A DNA stretch of 64,000 nt. It comes from Auanema rhodensis (taxonomy: Eukaryota > Animalia > Nematoda). Positions 39,117 to 53,500 of this stretch are shown here, piece after piece. The notes under the pieces were generated by a model, which was given only the letters and a program-made list of their open reading frames with translations, searched no databases and was not told the origin of the DNA. The first letter of the stretch is position 1. Every line of letters begins with the position of its first letter. Made by a program: the position numbers and the translations under genes. The stretch is from positions 18,228,001 through 18,292,000 of the forward strand of contig OZ059895.1 of assembly GCA_964057225.1 (NCBI GenBank). Direction: 5' to 3'.

Positions 39117-42100
39117 ACACATGTACGTGTTTCAAGTTCTTTATTCAAACCTACAGTACCTCGAGACTATAAATGAAATATTGGAGGTGAAACCAAGTGC
39201 TGTCTACGTTGTTTCATATAAAAATCAATGGAATACTTTCTGTATTATGACTCTTGAAGCATTTCTTAATGTCATTATCTTCTACATTTCCAAAACAAAA
39301 AGGATTTCTGGAGATATGGGGAATTGAACCCCAGACCTCTCCCATGCGAAGGGAGCGCTCTACCACTGAGCTATATCCCCACACATGTACGTGTTTCAAG
39401 TTCTTTATTCAAACCTACAGTACCTCGAGTTTATAAATGAAATATTGGAGGTGAAACCAAGTGCTGTCTACGTTGTTTCATATAAAAATCAATGGAATAC
39501 TTTCTGTATTATGACTCTTGAAGCATTTCTTAATGTCATTATCTTCTACATTTTCAAAACAAAAGGATTTCTGGAGATATGGGGAATTGAACCCCAGCCC
39601 TCTCCCATGCTAAGGGAGCGCTCTACCACTGAGCTATATCCCCACACATGTACGTGTTTCAATTTCTTTATTCAAACCTACAGTACCTCGAGACTATAAA
39701 TGAAATATTGGAGGTGAAACAAAGTGCTGTCTACGTTGTTTCAATTGAAAATCAATGGGATACTTTCTGTATTATGACTATTGAAGCATTTCTTAATGTC
39801 ATTATCTTCTACATTTTCAAAACAAAAAGGATTTCTGGAGATATGGGGAATTGAACCCCAGCCCTCTCCCATGCTAAGGGAGCGCTCTACCACTGAGCTA
39901 TATCCCCACACATGTACGTGTTTCAAGTTCTTTATTCAAACCTTCAGTACTTCGAGACTATAAATGAAATATTGGAGGTGAAACAAAGTGCTGTCTACGT
40001 TGTTTCATATAAAAATCAATGGAATACTTTCTGTATTATGACTCTTGAAGCATTTCTTAATGTCATTATCTTCTACATTTTCAAAACAAAAAGGATTTCT
40101 GGAGATATGGGGAATTGAACCCCAGCCCTCTCCCATGCTAAGGGAGCGCTCTACCACTGAGCTATATCCCCACACATGTACGTGTTTCAAGTTCTTTATT
40201 CAAACCTACAGTACCTCGAGACTATAAATGAAATATTGGAGGTGAAACAAAGTGCTGTCTACGTTGTTTCAATTGAAAATCAATGGGATACTTTCTGTAT
40301 TATGACTATTGAAGCATTTCTTAATGTCATTATCTTCTACATTTTCAAAACAAAAAGGATTTCTGGAGATATGGGGAATTGAACCCCAGCCCTCTCCCAT
40401 GCTAAGGGAGCGCTCTACCACTGAGCTATATCCCCACACATGTACGTGTTTCAAGTTCTTTATTCAAACCTTCAGTACTTCGAGACTATAAATGAAATAT
40501 TGGAGGTGAAACCAAGTGCTGTCTACGTTGTTTCATATAAAAATCAATGGAATACTTTCTGTATTATGACTCTTGAAGCATTTCTTAATGTCATTATCTT
40601 CTACATTTTCAAAACAAAAAGGATTTCTGGAGATATGGGGAATTGAACCCCAGCCCTCTCCCATGCGAAGGGAGCGCTCTACCACTGAGCTATATCCCCA
40701 CACATGTACGTGTTTCAAGTTCTTTATTCAAACCTACAGTACCTCGAGACTATAAATGAAATATTGGAGGTGAAACCAAGTGCTGTCTACGTTGTTTCAT
40801 ATAAGAATCAATGGAATACTTTCTGTATTATGACTCTAGAAGCATTTCTTAATGTCATTATCTTCTACATTTTCAAAACAAAAAGGATTTCTGGAGATAT
40901 GGGGAATTGAACCCCAGACCTCTCCCATGCGAAGGGAGCGCTCTACCACTGAGCTATATCCCCACACATGTACGTGTTTCAAGTTCTTTATTCAAACCTA
41001 CAGTACCTCGAGACTATAAATGAAATATTGGAGGTGAAACCAAGTGCTGTCTACGTTGTTTCATATAAAAATCAATGGAATACTTTCTGTATTATGACTC
41101 TTGAAGCATTTCTTAATGTCATTATCTTCTACATTTCCAAAACAAAAAGGATTTCTGGAGATATGGGGAATTGAACCCCAGACCTCTCCCATGCGAAGGG
41201 AGCGCTCTACCACTGAGCTATATCCCCACACATGTACGTGTTTCAAGTTCTTTATTCAAACCTACAGTACCTCGAGTTTATAAATGAAATATTGGAGGTG
41301 AAACCAAGTGCTGTCTACGTTGTTTCATATAAAAATCAATGGAATACTTTCTGTATTATGACTCTTGAAGCATTTCTTAATGTCATTATCTTCTACATTT
41401 TCAAAACAAAAGGATTTCTGGAGATATGGGGAATTGAACCCCAGCCCTCTCCCATGCTAAGGGAGCGCTCTACCACTGAGCTATATCCCCACACATGTAC
41501 GTGTTTCAAGTTCTTTATTCAAACCTTCAGTACTTCGAGACTATAAATGAAATATTGGAGGTGAAACAAAGTGCTGTCTACGTTGTTTCATATAAAAATC
41601 AATGGAATACTTTCTGTATTATGACTCTTGAAGCATTTCTTAATGTCATTATCTTCTACATTTTCAAAACAAAAAGGATTTCTGGAGATATGGGGAATTG
41701 AACCCCAGCCCTCTCCCATGCTAAGGGAGCGCTCTACCACTGAGCTATATCCCCACACATGTACGTGTTTCAAGTTCTTTATTCAAACCTACAGTACCTC
41801 GAGACTATAAATGAAATATTGGAGGTGAAACAAAGTGCTGTCTACGTTGTTTCATATAAAAATCAATGGAATACTTTCTGTATTATGACTCTTGAAGCAT
41901 TTCTTAATGTCATTATCTTCTACATTTTCAAAACAAAAAGGATTTCTGGAGATATGGGGAATTGAACCCCAGCCCTCTCCCATGCTAAGGGAGCGCTCTA
42001 CCACTGAGCTATATCCCCACACATGTACGTGTTTCAAGTTCTTTATTCAAACCTACAGTACCTCGAGACTATAAATGAAATATTGGAGGTGAAACAAAGT

Positions 42101-45100
42101 GCTGTCTACGTTGTTTCATATAAAAATCAATGGAATACTTTCTGTATTATGACTCTTGAAGCATTTCTTAATGTCATTATCTTCTACATTTTCAAAACAA
42201 AAAGGATTTCTGGAGATATGGGGAATTGAACCCCAGCCCTCTCCCATGCTAAGGGAGCGCTCTACCACTGAGCTATATCCCCACACATGTACGTGTTTCA
42301 AGTTCTTTATTCAAACCTACAGTACCTCGAGACTATAAATGAAATATTGGAGGTGAAACAAAGTGCTGTCTACGTTGTTTCAATTGAAAATCAATGGGAT
42401 ACTTTCTGTATTATGCCTATTGAAGCATTTCTTAATGTCATTATCTCCTACATTTTCAAAACAAAAAGGATTTCTGGAGATATGGGGAATTGAACCCCAG
42501 CCCTCTCCCATGCTAAGGGAGCGCTCTACCACTGAGCTATATCCCCACACATGTACGTGTTTCAAGTTCTTTATTCAAACCTTCAGTACTTCGAGACTAT
42601 AAATGAAATATTGGAGGTGAAACCAAGTGCTGTCTACGTTGTTTTAAATAGAAATTAATAGAATACTTTCTGTATTATGACGCTTGAAGCATTTCCCAAT
42701 GTCATTATCTTCTACATTTTCAAAACAAAAAGGATTTCTGGAGATATGGGGAATTGAACCCCAGCCCTCTCCCATGCTAAGGGAGCGCTCTACCACTGAG
42801 CTATATCCCCACACATGTACGTGTTTCAAGTTCTTTATTCAAACCTACAGTACCTCGAGACTATAAATGAAATATTGGAGGTGAAACAAAGTGCTGTCTA
42901 CGTTGTTTCAATTGAAAATCAATGGAATACTTTCTGTATTATGACTCTTGAAGCATTTCTTAATGTCATTATCTTCTACATTTTCAAAACAAAAAGGATT
43001 TCTGGAGATATGGGGAATTGAACCCCAGACCTCTCCCATGCTAAGGGAGCGCTCTACCACTGAGCTATATCCCCACACATGTACGTGTTTCAATTTCTTT
43101 ATTCAAACCTTCAGTACTTCGAGACTATAAATGAAATATAGGAGGTGAAACCAAGTGCTGTCTACGTTGTTTCATATAAAAGTCAATGGAATACTTTCTG
43201 TATTATGACTCTTGAAGCATTTCTTAATGTCATTATCTTCTACATTTTCAAAACAAAAAGGATTTCTGGAGATATGGGGAATTGAACCCCAGCCCTCTCC
43301 CATGCTAAGGGAGCGCTCTACCACTGAGCTATATCCCCACACATGTACGTGTTTCAATTTCTTTATTCAAACCTTCAGTACTTCGAGACTATAAATGAAA
43401 TATTGGAGGTGAAACCAAGTGCTGTCTACGTTGTTTCATATAAAAATCAATGGAATACTTTCTGTATTATGACTCTTGAAGCATTTCTTAATGTCATTAT
43501 CTTCTACATTTTCAAAACAAAAAGGATTTCTGGAGATATGGGGAATTGAACCCCAGCCCTCTCCCATGCTAAGGGAGCGCTCTACCACTGAGCTATATCC
43601 CCACACATGTACGTGTTTCAATTTCTTTATTCAAACCTTCAGTACTTCGAGACTATAAATGAAATATAGGAAGTGAAACCAAGTGCTGTCTACGTTGTTT
43701 CATATAAAAGTCAATGGAATACTTTTTGTATTATGACTCTTGAAGCATTTCTTAATGTCATTATCTTCTACATTTTCAAAACAAAAAGGATTTCTGGAGA
43801 TATGGGGAATTGAACCCCAGCCCTCTCCCATGCTAAGGGAGCGCTCTACCACTGAGCTATATCCCCACACATGTACGTGTTTCAAGTTCTTTATTCAAAC
43901 CTACAGTACCTCGAGACTATAAATGAAATATTGGAGGTGAAACCAAGTGCTGTCTACGTTGTTTCATATAAAAATCAATGGAATACTTTCTGTATTATGA
44001 CTCTTGAAGCATTTCTTAATGTCATTATCTTCTACATTTTCAAAACAAAAAGGATTTCTGGAGATATGGGGAATTGAACCCCAGACCTCTCCCATGCGAA
44101 GGGAGCGCTCTACCACTGAGCTATATCCCCACACATGTACGTGTTTCAAGTTCTTTATTCAAACCTACAGTACCTCGAGACTATAAATGAAATATTGGAG
44201 GTGAAACCAAGTGCTGTCTACGTTGTTTCATATAAAAATCAATGGAATACTTTCTGTATTATGACTCTTGAAGCATTTCTTAATGTCATTATCTTCTACA
44301 TTTTCAAAGCAAAAAGGATTTCTGGAGATATGGGGAATTGAACCCCAGACCTCTCCCATGCGAAGGGAGCGCTCTACCACTGAGCCATATCCCCACACAT
44401 GTACGTGTTTCAATTTCTTTATTCAAACCTACAGTACCTCGAGACTATAAATGAAATATTGGAGGTGAAACAAAGTGCTGTCTACGTTGTTTCATATAAA
44501 AATCAATGGAATACTTTCTGTATTATGACTCTTGAAGCATTTCTTAATGTCATTATCTTCTACATTTTCAAAACAAAAAGGATTTCTGGAGATATGGGGA
44601 ATTGAACCCCAGCCCTCTCCCATGCTAAGGGACCGCTCTACCACTGAGCTATATCCCCACACATGTACGTGTTTCAAGTTCTTTATTCAAACCTACAGTA
44701 CCTCGAGACTATAAATGAAATATTGGAGGTGAAACAAAGTGCTGTCTACGTTGTTTCAATTGAAAATCAATGGGATACTTTCTGTATTATGACTATTGAA
44801 GCATTTCTTAATGTCATTATCTTCTACATTTTCAAAACAAAAAGGATTTCTGGAGATATGGGGAATTGAACCCCAGCCCTCTCCCATGCTAAGGGAGCGC
44901 TCTACCACTGAGCTATATCCCCACACATGTACGTGTTTCAAGTTCTTTATTCAAACCTTCAGTACTTCGAGACTATAAATGAAATATTGGAGGTGAAACC
45001 AAGTGCTGTCTACGTTGTTTCATATAAAAATCAATGGAATACTTTCTGTATTATGACTCTTGAAGCATTTCTTAATGTCATTATCTTCTACATTTTCAAA

Positions 45101-47489
45101 ACAAAAAGGATTTCTGGAGATATGGGGAATTGAACCCCAGACCTCTCCCATGCTAAGGGAGCGCTCTACCACTGAGCTATATCCCCACACATGTACGTGT
45201 TTCAATTTCTTTATTCAAACCTTCAGTACTTCGAGACTATAAATGAAATATAGGAGGTGAAACCAAGTGCTGTCTACGTTGTTTCATATAAAAATCAATG
45301 GAATACTTTCTGTATTATGACTCTTGAAGCATTTCTTAATGTCATTATCTTCTACATTTTCAAAACAAAAAGGATTTCTGGAGATATGGGGAATTGAACC
45401 CCAGCCCTCTCCCATGCTAAGGGAGCGCTCTACCACTGAGCTATATCCCCACACATGTACGTGTTTCAATTTCTTTATTCAAACCTTCAGTACTTCGAGA
45501 CTATAAATGAAATATTGGAGGTGAAACCAAGTGCTGTCTACGTTGTTTCATATAAAAATCAATGGAATACTTTCTGTATTATGACTCTTGAAGCATTTCT
45601 TAATGTCATTATCTTCTACATTTTCAAAACAAAAAGGATTTCTGGAGATATGGGGAATTGAACCCCAGACCTCTCCCATGCGAAGGGAGCGCTCTACCAC
45701 TGAGCTATATCCCCACACATGTACGTGTTTCAAGTTCTTTATTCAAACCTACAGTACCTCGAGACTATAAATGAAATATTGGAGGTGAAACCAAGTGCTG
45801 TCTACGTTGTTTCATATAAGAATCAATGGAATACTTTCTGTATTATGACTCTAGAAGCATTTCTTAATGTCATTATCTTCTACATTTCCAAAACAAAAAG
45901 GATTTCTGGAGATATGGGGAATTGAACCCCAGACCTCTCCCATGCGAAGGGAGCGCTCTACCACTGAGCTATATCCCCACACATGTACGTGTTTCAAGTT
46001 CTTTATTCAAACCTACAGTACCTCGAGACTATAAATGAAATATTGGAGGTGAAACCAAGTGCTGTCTACGTTGTTTCATATAAAAATCAATGGAATACTT
46101 TCTGTATTATGACTCTTGAAGCATTTCTTAATGTCATTATCTTCTACATTTTCAAAACAAAAGGATTTCTGGAGATATGGGGAATTGAACCCCAGCCCTC
46201 TCCCATGCTAAGGGAGCGCTCTACCACTGAGCTATATCCCCACACATGTACGTGTTTCAAGTTCTTTATTCAAACCTTCAGTACTTCGAGACTATAAATG
46301 AAATATTGGAGGTGAAACCAAGTGCTGTCTACGTTGTTTCATATAAAAATCAATGAAATACTTTCTGTATTATGACTCTTGAAGGATTTCTTAATGTCAT
46401 TATCTTCTACATTTTTAAAACAAAAAGGATTTCTGGAGATATGGGGAATTGAACCCCAGCCCTCTCCCATGCTAAGGGAGCGCTCTACCACTGAGCTATA
46501 TCCCCACACATGTACGTGTTTCAATTTCTTTATTCAAACCTTCAGTACTTCGAGACTATAAATGAAATATAGGAGGTGAAACAAAGTGCTGTCTACGTTG
46601 TTTCATATAAAACTCAATGGAATACTTTCTGTATTATGACTATTGAAGCATTTCTTAATGTCATTATCTTCTACTATTTCAAAACAAAAAGGATTTCTGG
46701 AGATATGGGGAATTGAACCCCAGCCCTCTCCCATGCTAAGGGAGCGCTCTACCACTGAGCTATATCCCCACACATGTACGTGTTTCAATTTCTTTATTCA
46801 AACCTACAGTACCTCGAGACTATAAATGAAATATTGGAGGTGAAACAAAGTGCTGTCTACGTTGTTTCATATGAAAATCAATGGAATACTTTCTGTATTA
46901 TGACTATTGAAGCATTTCTTAATGTCATTATCTTCTACTATTTCAAAACAAAAAGGATTTCTGGAGATATGGGGAATTGAACCCCAGCCCTCTCCCATGC
47001 TAAGGGAGCGCTCTACCACTGAGCTATATCCCCACACATGTACGTGTTTCAATTTCTTTATTCAAACCTTCAGTACCTCGAGACTATAAATGAAATATTG
47101 GAGGTGAAACAAAGTGCTGTCTACGTTGTTTCATATAAAACTCAATGGAATACTTTCTGTATTATGACTATTGAAGCATTTCTTAATGTCATTATCTTCT
47201 ACTATTTCAAAACAAAAAGGATTTCTGGAGATATGGGGAATTGAACCCCAGCCCTCTCCCATGCTAAGGGAGCGCTCTACCACTGAGCTATATCCCCACA
47301 CATGTACGTGTTTCAATTTCTTTATTCAAACCTACAGTACCTCGAGACTATAAATGAAATATTGGAGGTGAAACAAAGTGCTGTCTACGTTGTTTCATAT
47401 GAAAATCAATGGAATACTTTCTGTATTATGACTCTTGAAGCATTTCTTAATGTCATTATCTTCTACATTTTTAAAACAAAAAGGATTTC

Positions 47490-47560
47490 TGGAGATATGG
47501 GGAATTGAACCCCAGACCTCTCCATGCGAAGGGAGCGCTCTACCACTGAGCTATATCCCC
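47490..47560 (-). pseudogene. tRNA-Ala(CGC) copy with a 1-nt deletion in the anticodon stem
   Basis: cagacctctccatgcga versus the consensus cagacctctcccatgcga. Confidence 0.7.
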
Positions 47561-50500
47561 ACACATGTACGTGTTTCAATTTCTTTATTCAAACCTACAG
47601 TACCTCGAGACTACAAATGAAATATTGGAGGTGAAACAAAGTGCTGTCTACGTTGTTTCATATAAAAATCAATGGAATACTTTCTGTATTATGACTCTTG
47701 AAGCATTTCTTAATGTCATTATCTTCTACATTTTCAAAACAAAAAAGATTTCTGGAGATATGGGGAATTGAACCCCAGACCTCTCCCATGCGAAGGGAGC
47801 GCTCTACCACTGAGCTATATCCCCACACATGTACGTGTTTCAATTTCTTTATTCAAACCTTCAGTACTTCGAGACTATAAATGAAATATTGGAGGTGAAA
47901 CCAAGTGCTGTCTACGTTGTTTCATATAAAAATCAATGGAATACTTTCTGTATTATGACTCTTGAAGCATTTCTTAATGTCATTATCTTCTACATTTTCA
48001 AAACAAAAAGGATTTCTGGAGATATGGGGAATTGAACCCCAGACCTCTCCCATGCGAAGGGAGCGCTCTACCACTGAGCTATATCCCCACACATGTACTT
48101 GTTTCAAGTTCTTTAATCAAACCTACAGTACCTCGAGACTATAAATGAAATATTGGAGGTGAAACCAAGTGCTGTCTACGTTGTTTCATATAAAAATCAA
48201 TGGAATACTTTCTGTATTATGACTCTTGAAGCATTTCTTAATGTCATTATCTTCTACATTTTCAAAACAAAAAGGATTTCTGGAGATATGGGGAATTGAA
48301 CCCCAGCCCTCTCCCATGCTAAGGGAGCGCTCTACCACTGAGCTATATCCCCACACATGTACGTGTTTCAATTTCTTTATTCAAACCTACAGTACCTCGA
48401 GACTATAAATGAAATATTGGAGGTGAAACAAAGTGCTCTCTACGTTGTTTCATATAAAAATCAATGGAATACTTTCTGTATTATGACTCTTGAAGCATTT
48501 CTTAATGTCATTATCTTCTACATTTTCAAAACAAAAGGATTTCTGGAGATATGGGGAATTGAACCCCAGCCCTCTCCCATGCTAAGGGAGCGCTCTACCA
48601 CTGAGCTATATCCCCACACATGTACGTGTTTCAAGTTCTTTATTCAAACCTTCAGTACTTCGAGACTATAAATGAAATATTGGAGGTGAAACCAAGTGCT
48701 GTCTACGTTGTTTCATATAAAAATCAATGGAATACTTTCTGTATTATGACTCTTGAAGGATTTCTTAATGTCATTATCTTCTACATTTTCAAAACAAAAA
48801 GGATTTCTGGAGATATGGGGAATTGAACCCCAGCCCTCTCCCATGCTAAGGGAGCGCTCTACCACTGAGCTATATCCCCACACATGTACGTGTTTCAATT
48901 TCTTTATTCAAACCTACAGTACCTCGAGACTATAAATGAAATATTGGAGTTGAAACAAAGTGCTGTCTACGTTGTTTCATATGAAAATCAATGGAATACT
49001 TTCTGTATTATGACTCTTGAAGCATTTCTTAATGTCATTATCTTCTACATTTTTAAAACAAAAAGGATTTCTGGAGATATGGGGAATTGAACCCCAGACC
49101 TCTCCCATGCGAAGGGAGCGCTCTACCACTGAGCTATATCCCCACACATGTACGTGTTTCAATTTCTTTATTCAAACCTACAGTACCTCGAGACTACAAA
49201 TGAAATATTGGAGGTGAAACAAAGTGCTGTCTACGTTGTTTCATATAAAAATCAATGGAATACTTTCTGTATTATGACTCTTGAAGCATTTCTTAATGTC
49301 ATTATCTTCTACATTTTCAAAACAAAAAAGATTTCTGGAGATATGGGGAATTGAACCCCAGACCTCTCCCATGCGAAGGGAGCGCTCTACCACTGAGCTA
49401 TATCCCCACACATGTACGTGTTTCAATTTCTTTATTCAAACCTTCAGTACTTCGAGACTATAAATGAAATATTGGAGGTGAAACCAAGTGCTGTCTACGT
49501 TGTTTCATATAAAAATCAATGGAATACTTTCTGTATTATGACTCTTGAAGCATTTCTTAATGTCATTATCTTCTACATTTTCAAAACAAAAAGGATTTCT
49601 GGAGATATGGGGAATTGAACCCCAGACCTCTCCCATGCGAAGGGAGCGCTCTACCACTGAGCTATATCCCCACACATGTACTTGTTTCAAGTTCTTTAAT
49701 CAAACCTACAGTACCTCGAGACTATAAATGAAATATTGGAGGTGAAACCAAGTGCTGTCTACGTTGTTTCATATAAAAATCAATGGAATACTTTCTGTAT
49801 TATGACTCTTGAAGCATTTCTTAATGTCATTATCTTCTACATTTTCAAAACAAAAAGGATTTCTGGAGATATGGGGAATTGAACCCCAGCCCTCTCCCAT
49901 GCTAAGGGAGCGCTCTACCACTGAGCTATATCCCCACACATGTACGTGTTTCAATTTCTTTATTCAAACCTACAGTACCTCGAGACTATAAATGAAATAT
50001 TGGAGGTGAAACAAAGTGCTCTCTACGTTGTTTCATATAAAAATCAATGGAATACTTTCTGTATTATGACTCTTGAAGCATTTCTTAATGTCATTATCTT
50101 CTACATTTTTAAAACAAAAAGGATTTCTGGAGATATGGGGAATTGAACCCCAGCCCTCTCCCATGCTAAGGGAGCGCTCTACCACTGAGCTATATCCCCA
50201 CACATGTACGTGTTTCAATTTCTTTATTCAAACCTTCAGTACTTCGAGACTATAAATGAAATATTGGAGGTGAAACCAAGTGCTGTCTACGTTGTTTCAT
50301 ATAAAAATCAATGGAATACTTTCTGTATTATGACTCTTGAAGCATTTCTTAATGTCATTATCTTCTACATTTTCAAAACAAAAAGGATTTCTGGAGATAT
50401 GGGGAATTGAACCCCAGACCTCTCCCATGCGAAGGGAGCGCTCTACCACTGAGCTATATCCCCACACATGTACTTGTTTCAAGTTCTTTAATCAAACCTA

Positions 50501-53500
50501 CAGTACCTCGAGACTATAAATGAAATATTGGAGGTGAAACCAAGTGCTGTCTACGTTGTTTCATATAAAAATCAATGGAATACTTTCTGTATTATGACTC
50601 TTGAAGCATTTCTTAATGTCATTATCTTCTACATTTTCAAAACAAAAAGGATTTCTGGAGATATGGGGAATTGAACCCCAGCCCTCTCCCATGCTAAGGG
50701 AGCGCTCTACCACTGAGCTATATCCCCACACATGTACGTGTTTCAATTTCTTTATTCAAACCTACAGTACCTCGAGACTATAAATGAAATATTGGAGGTG
50801 AAACAAAGTGCTCTCTACGTTGTTTCATATAAAAATCAATGGAATACTTTCTGTATTATGACTCTTGAAGCATTTCTTAATGTCATTATCTTCTACATTT
50901 TTAAAACAAAAAGGATTTCTGGAGATATGGGGAATTGAACCCCAGCCCTCTCCCATGCTAAGGGAGCGCTCTACCACTGAGCTATATCCCCACACATGTA
51001 CGTGTTTCAATTTCTTTATTCAAACCTTCAGTACTTCGAGACTATAAATGAAATATTGGAGGTGAAACCAAGTGCTGTCTACGTTGTTTCATATAAAAAT
51101 CAATGGAATACTTTCTGTATTATGACTCTTGAAGCATTTCTTAATGTCATTATCTTCTACATTTTCAAAACAAAAAGGATTTCTGGAGATATGGGGAATT
51201 GAACCCCAGACCTCTCCCATGCGAAGGGAGCGCTCTACCACTGAGCTATATCCCCACACATGTACGTGTTTCAAGTTCTTTATTCAAACCTACAGTACCT
51301 CGAGACTATAAATGAAATATTGGAGGTGAAACCAAGTGCTGTCTACGTTGTTTCATATAAAAATCAATGGAATACTTTCTGTATTATGACTCTTGAAGCA
51401 TTTCTTAATGTCAATATCTTCTACATTTTCAAAACAAAAAGGATTTCTGGAGATATGGGGAATTGAACCCCAGACCTCTCCCATGCGAAGGGAGCGCTCT
51501 ACCACTGAGCTATATCCCCACACATGTACGTGTTTCAAGTTCTTTATTCAAACCTACAGTACCTCGAGACTATAAATGAAATATTGGAGGTGAAATTAAG
51601 TGCTGTCTACGTTGTTTCAAATAGAAATTAATAGAATACTTTCTGTATTATGACGCTTGAAGCATTTCTTAATGTCATTATCTTCTACATTTTCAAAACA
51701 AAAAGGATTTCTGGAGATATGGGGAATTGAACCCCAGACCTCTCCCATGCGAAGGGAGCGCTCTACCACTGAGCTATATCCCCACACATGTACGTGTTTC
51801 AAGTTCTTTATTCAAACCTACAGTACGTCGAGACTATAAATGAAATTTTGGAGGTGAAACAAAGTGCTGTCTACGTTGTTTCAATAGAAAATCAATGGAA
51901 TACTTTCTGTATTATGACTCTTGAAGCATTTCTTAATGTCATTATCTTCTACATTTTCAAAACAAAAAGGATTTCTGGAGATATGGGGAATTGAACCCCA
52001 GACCTCTCCCATGCGAAGGGAGCGCTCTACCACTGAGCTATATCCCCACACATGTACGTGTTTCAAGTTCTTTATTCAAACCTACAGTACCTCGAGACTA
52101 TAAATGAAATATTGGAGGTGAAACAAAGTGCTGTCTACGTTGTTTCATATAAAAATCAATGGAATACTTTCTGTATTATGACTCTTGAAGCATTTCTTAA
52201 TGTCATTATCTTCTACATTTTCAAAACAAAAAGGATTTCTGGAGATATGGGGAATTGAACCCCAGCCCTCTCCCATGCTAAGGGAGCGCTCTACCACTGA
52301 GCTATATCCCCACACATGTACGTGTTTCAAGTTCTTTATTCAAACCTTCAGTACCTCGAGACTATAAATGAAATATTGGAGGTGAAACAAAGTGCTGTCT
52401 ACGTTGTTTCATATAAAAATCAATGGAATACTTTCTGTATTATGACTATTGAAGCATTTCTTAATGTCATTATCTTCTACATTTTCAAAACAAAAAGGAT
52501 TTCTGGAGATATGGGGAATTGAACCCCAGCCCTCTCCCATGCTAAGGGAGCGCTCTACCACTGAGCTATATCCCCACACATGTACGTGTTTCAAGTTCTT
52601 TATTCAAACCTTCAGTACCTCGAGACTATAAATGAAATATTGGAGGTGAAACAAAGTGCTGTCTACGTTGTTTCATATAAAAATCAATGGAATACTTTCT
52701 GTATTATGACTATTGAAGCATTTCTTAATGTCATTATCTTCTACATTTTCAAAACAAAAAGGATTTCTGGAGATATGGGGAATTGAACCCCAGCCCTCTC
52801 CCATGCTAAGGGAGCGCTCTACCACTGAGCTATATCCCCACACATGTACGTGTTTCCAGTTCTTTATTGAAACCTACAGTACTTCGAGACTATAAATGAA
52901 ATATTGGAGGTGAAACCAAGTGCTGTCTACGTTGTTTCAATTGAAAATCAATGGGATACTTTCTGTATTATGACTCTTGAAGCATTTCTTAATGTCATTA
53001 TCTTCTACATTTTCAAAACAAAAAGGATTTCTGGAGATATGGGGAATTGAACCCCAGCCCTCTCCCATGCTAAGGGAGCGTTCTACCACTGAGCTATATC
53101 CCCACACATGTACGTGTTTCAAGTTCTTTATTCAAACCTTCAGTACCTCGAGACTATAAATGAAATATTGGAGGTGAAACAAAGTGCTGTCTACGTTGTT
53201 TCATATAAAAATCAATGGAATACTTTCTGTATTATGACTATTGAAGCATTTCTTAATGTCATTATCTTCTACATTTTCAAAACAAAAAGGATTTCTGGAG
53301 ATATGGGGAATTGAACCCCAGCCCTCTCCCATGCTAAGGGAGCGCTCTACCACTGAGCTATATCCCCACACATGTACGTGTTTCAAGTTCTTTATTCAAA
53401 CCTTCAGTACCTCGAGACTATAAATGAAATATTGGAGGTGAAACAAAGTGCTGTCTACGTTGTTTCATATAAAAATCAATGGAATACTTTCTGTATTATG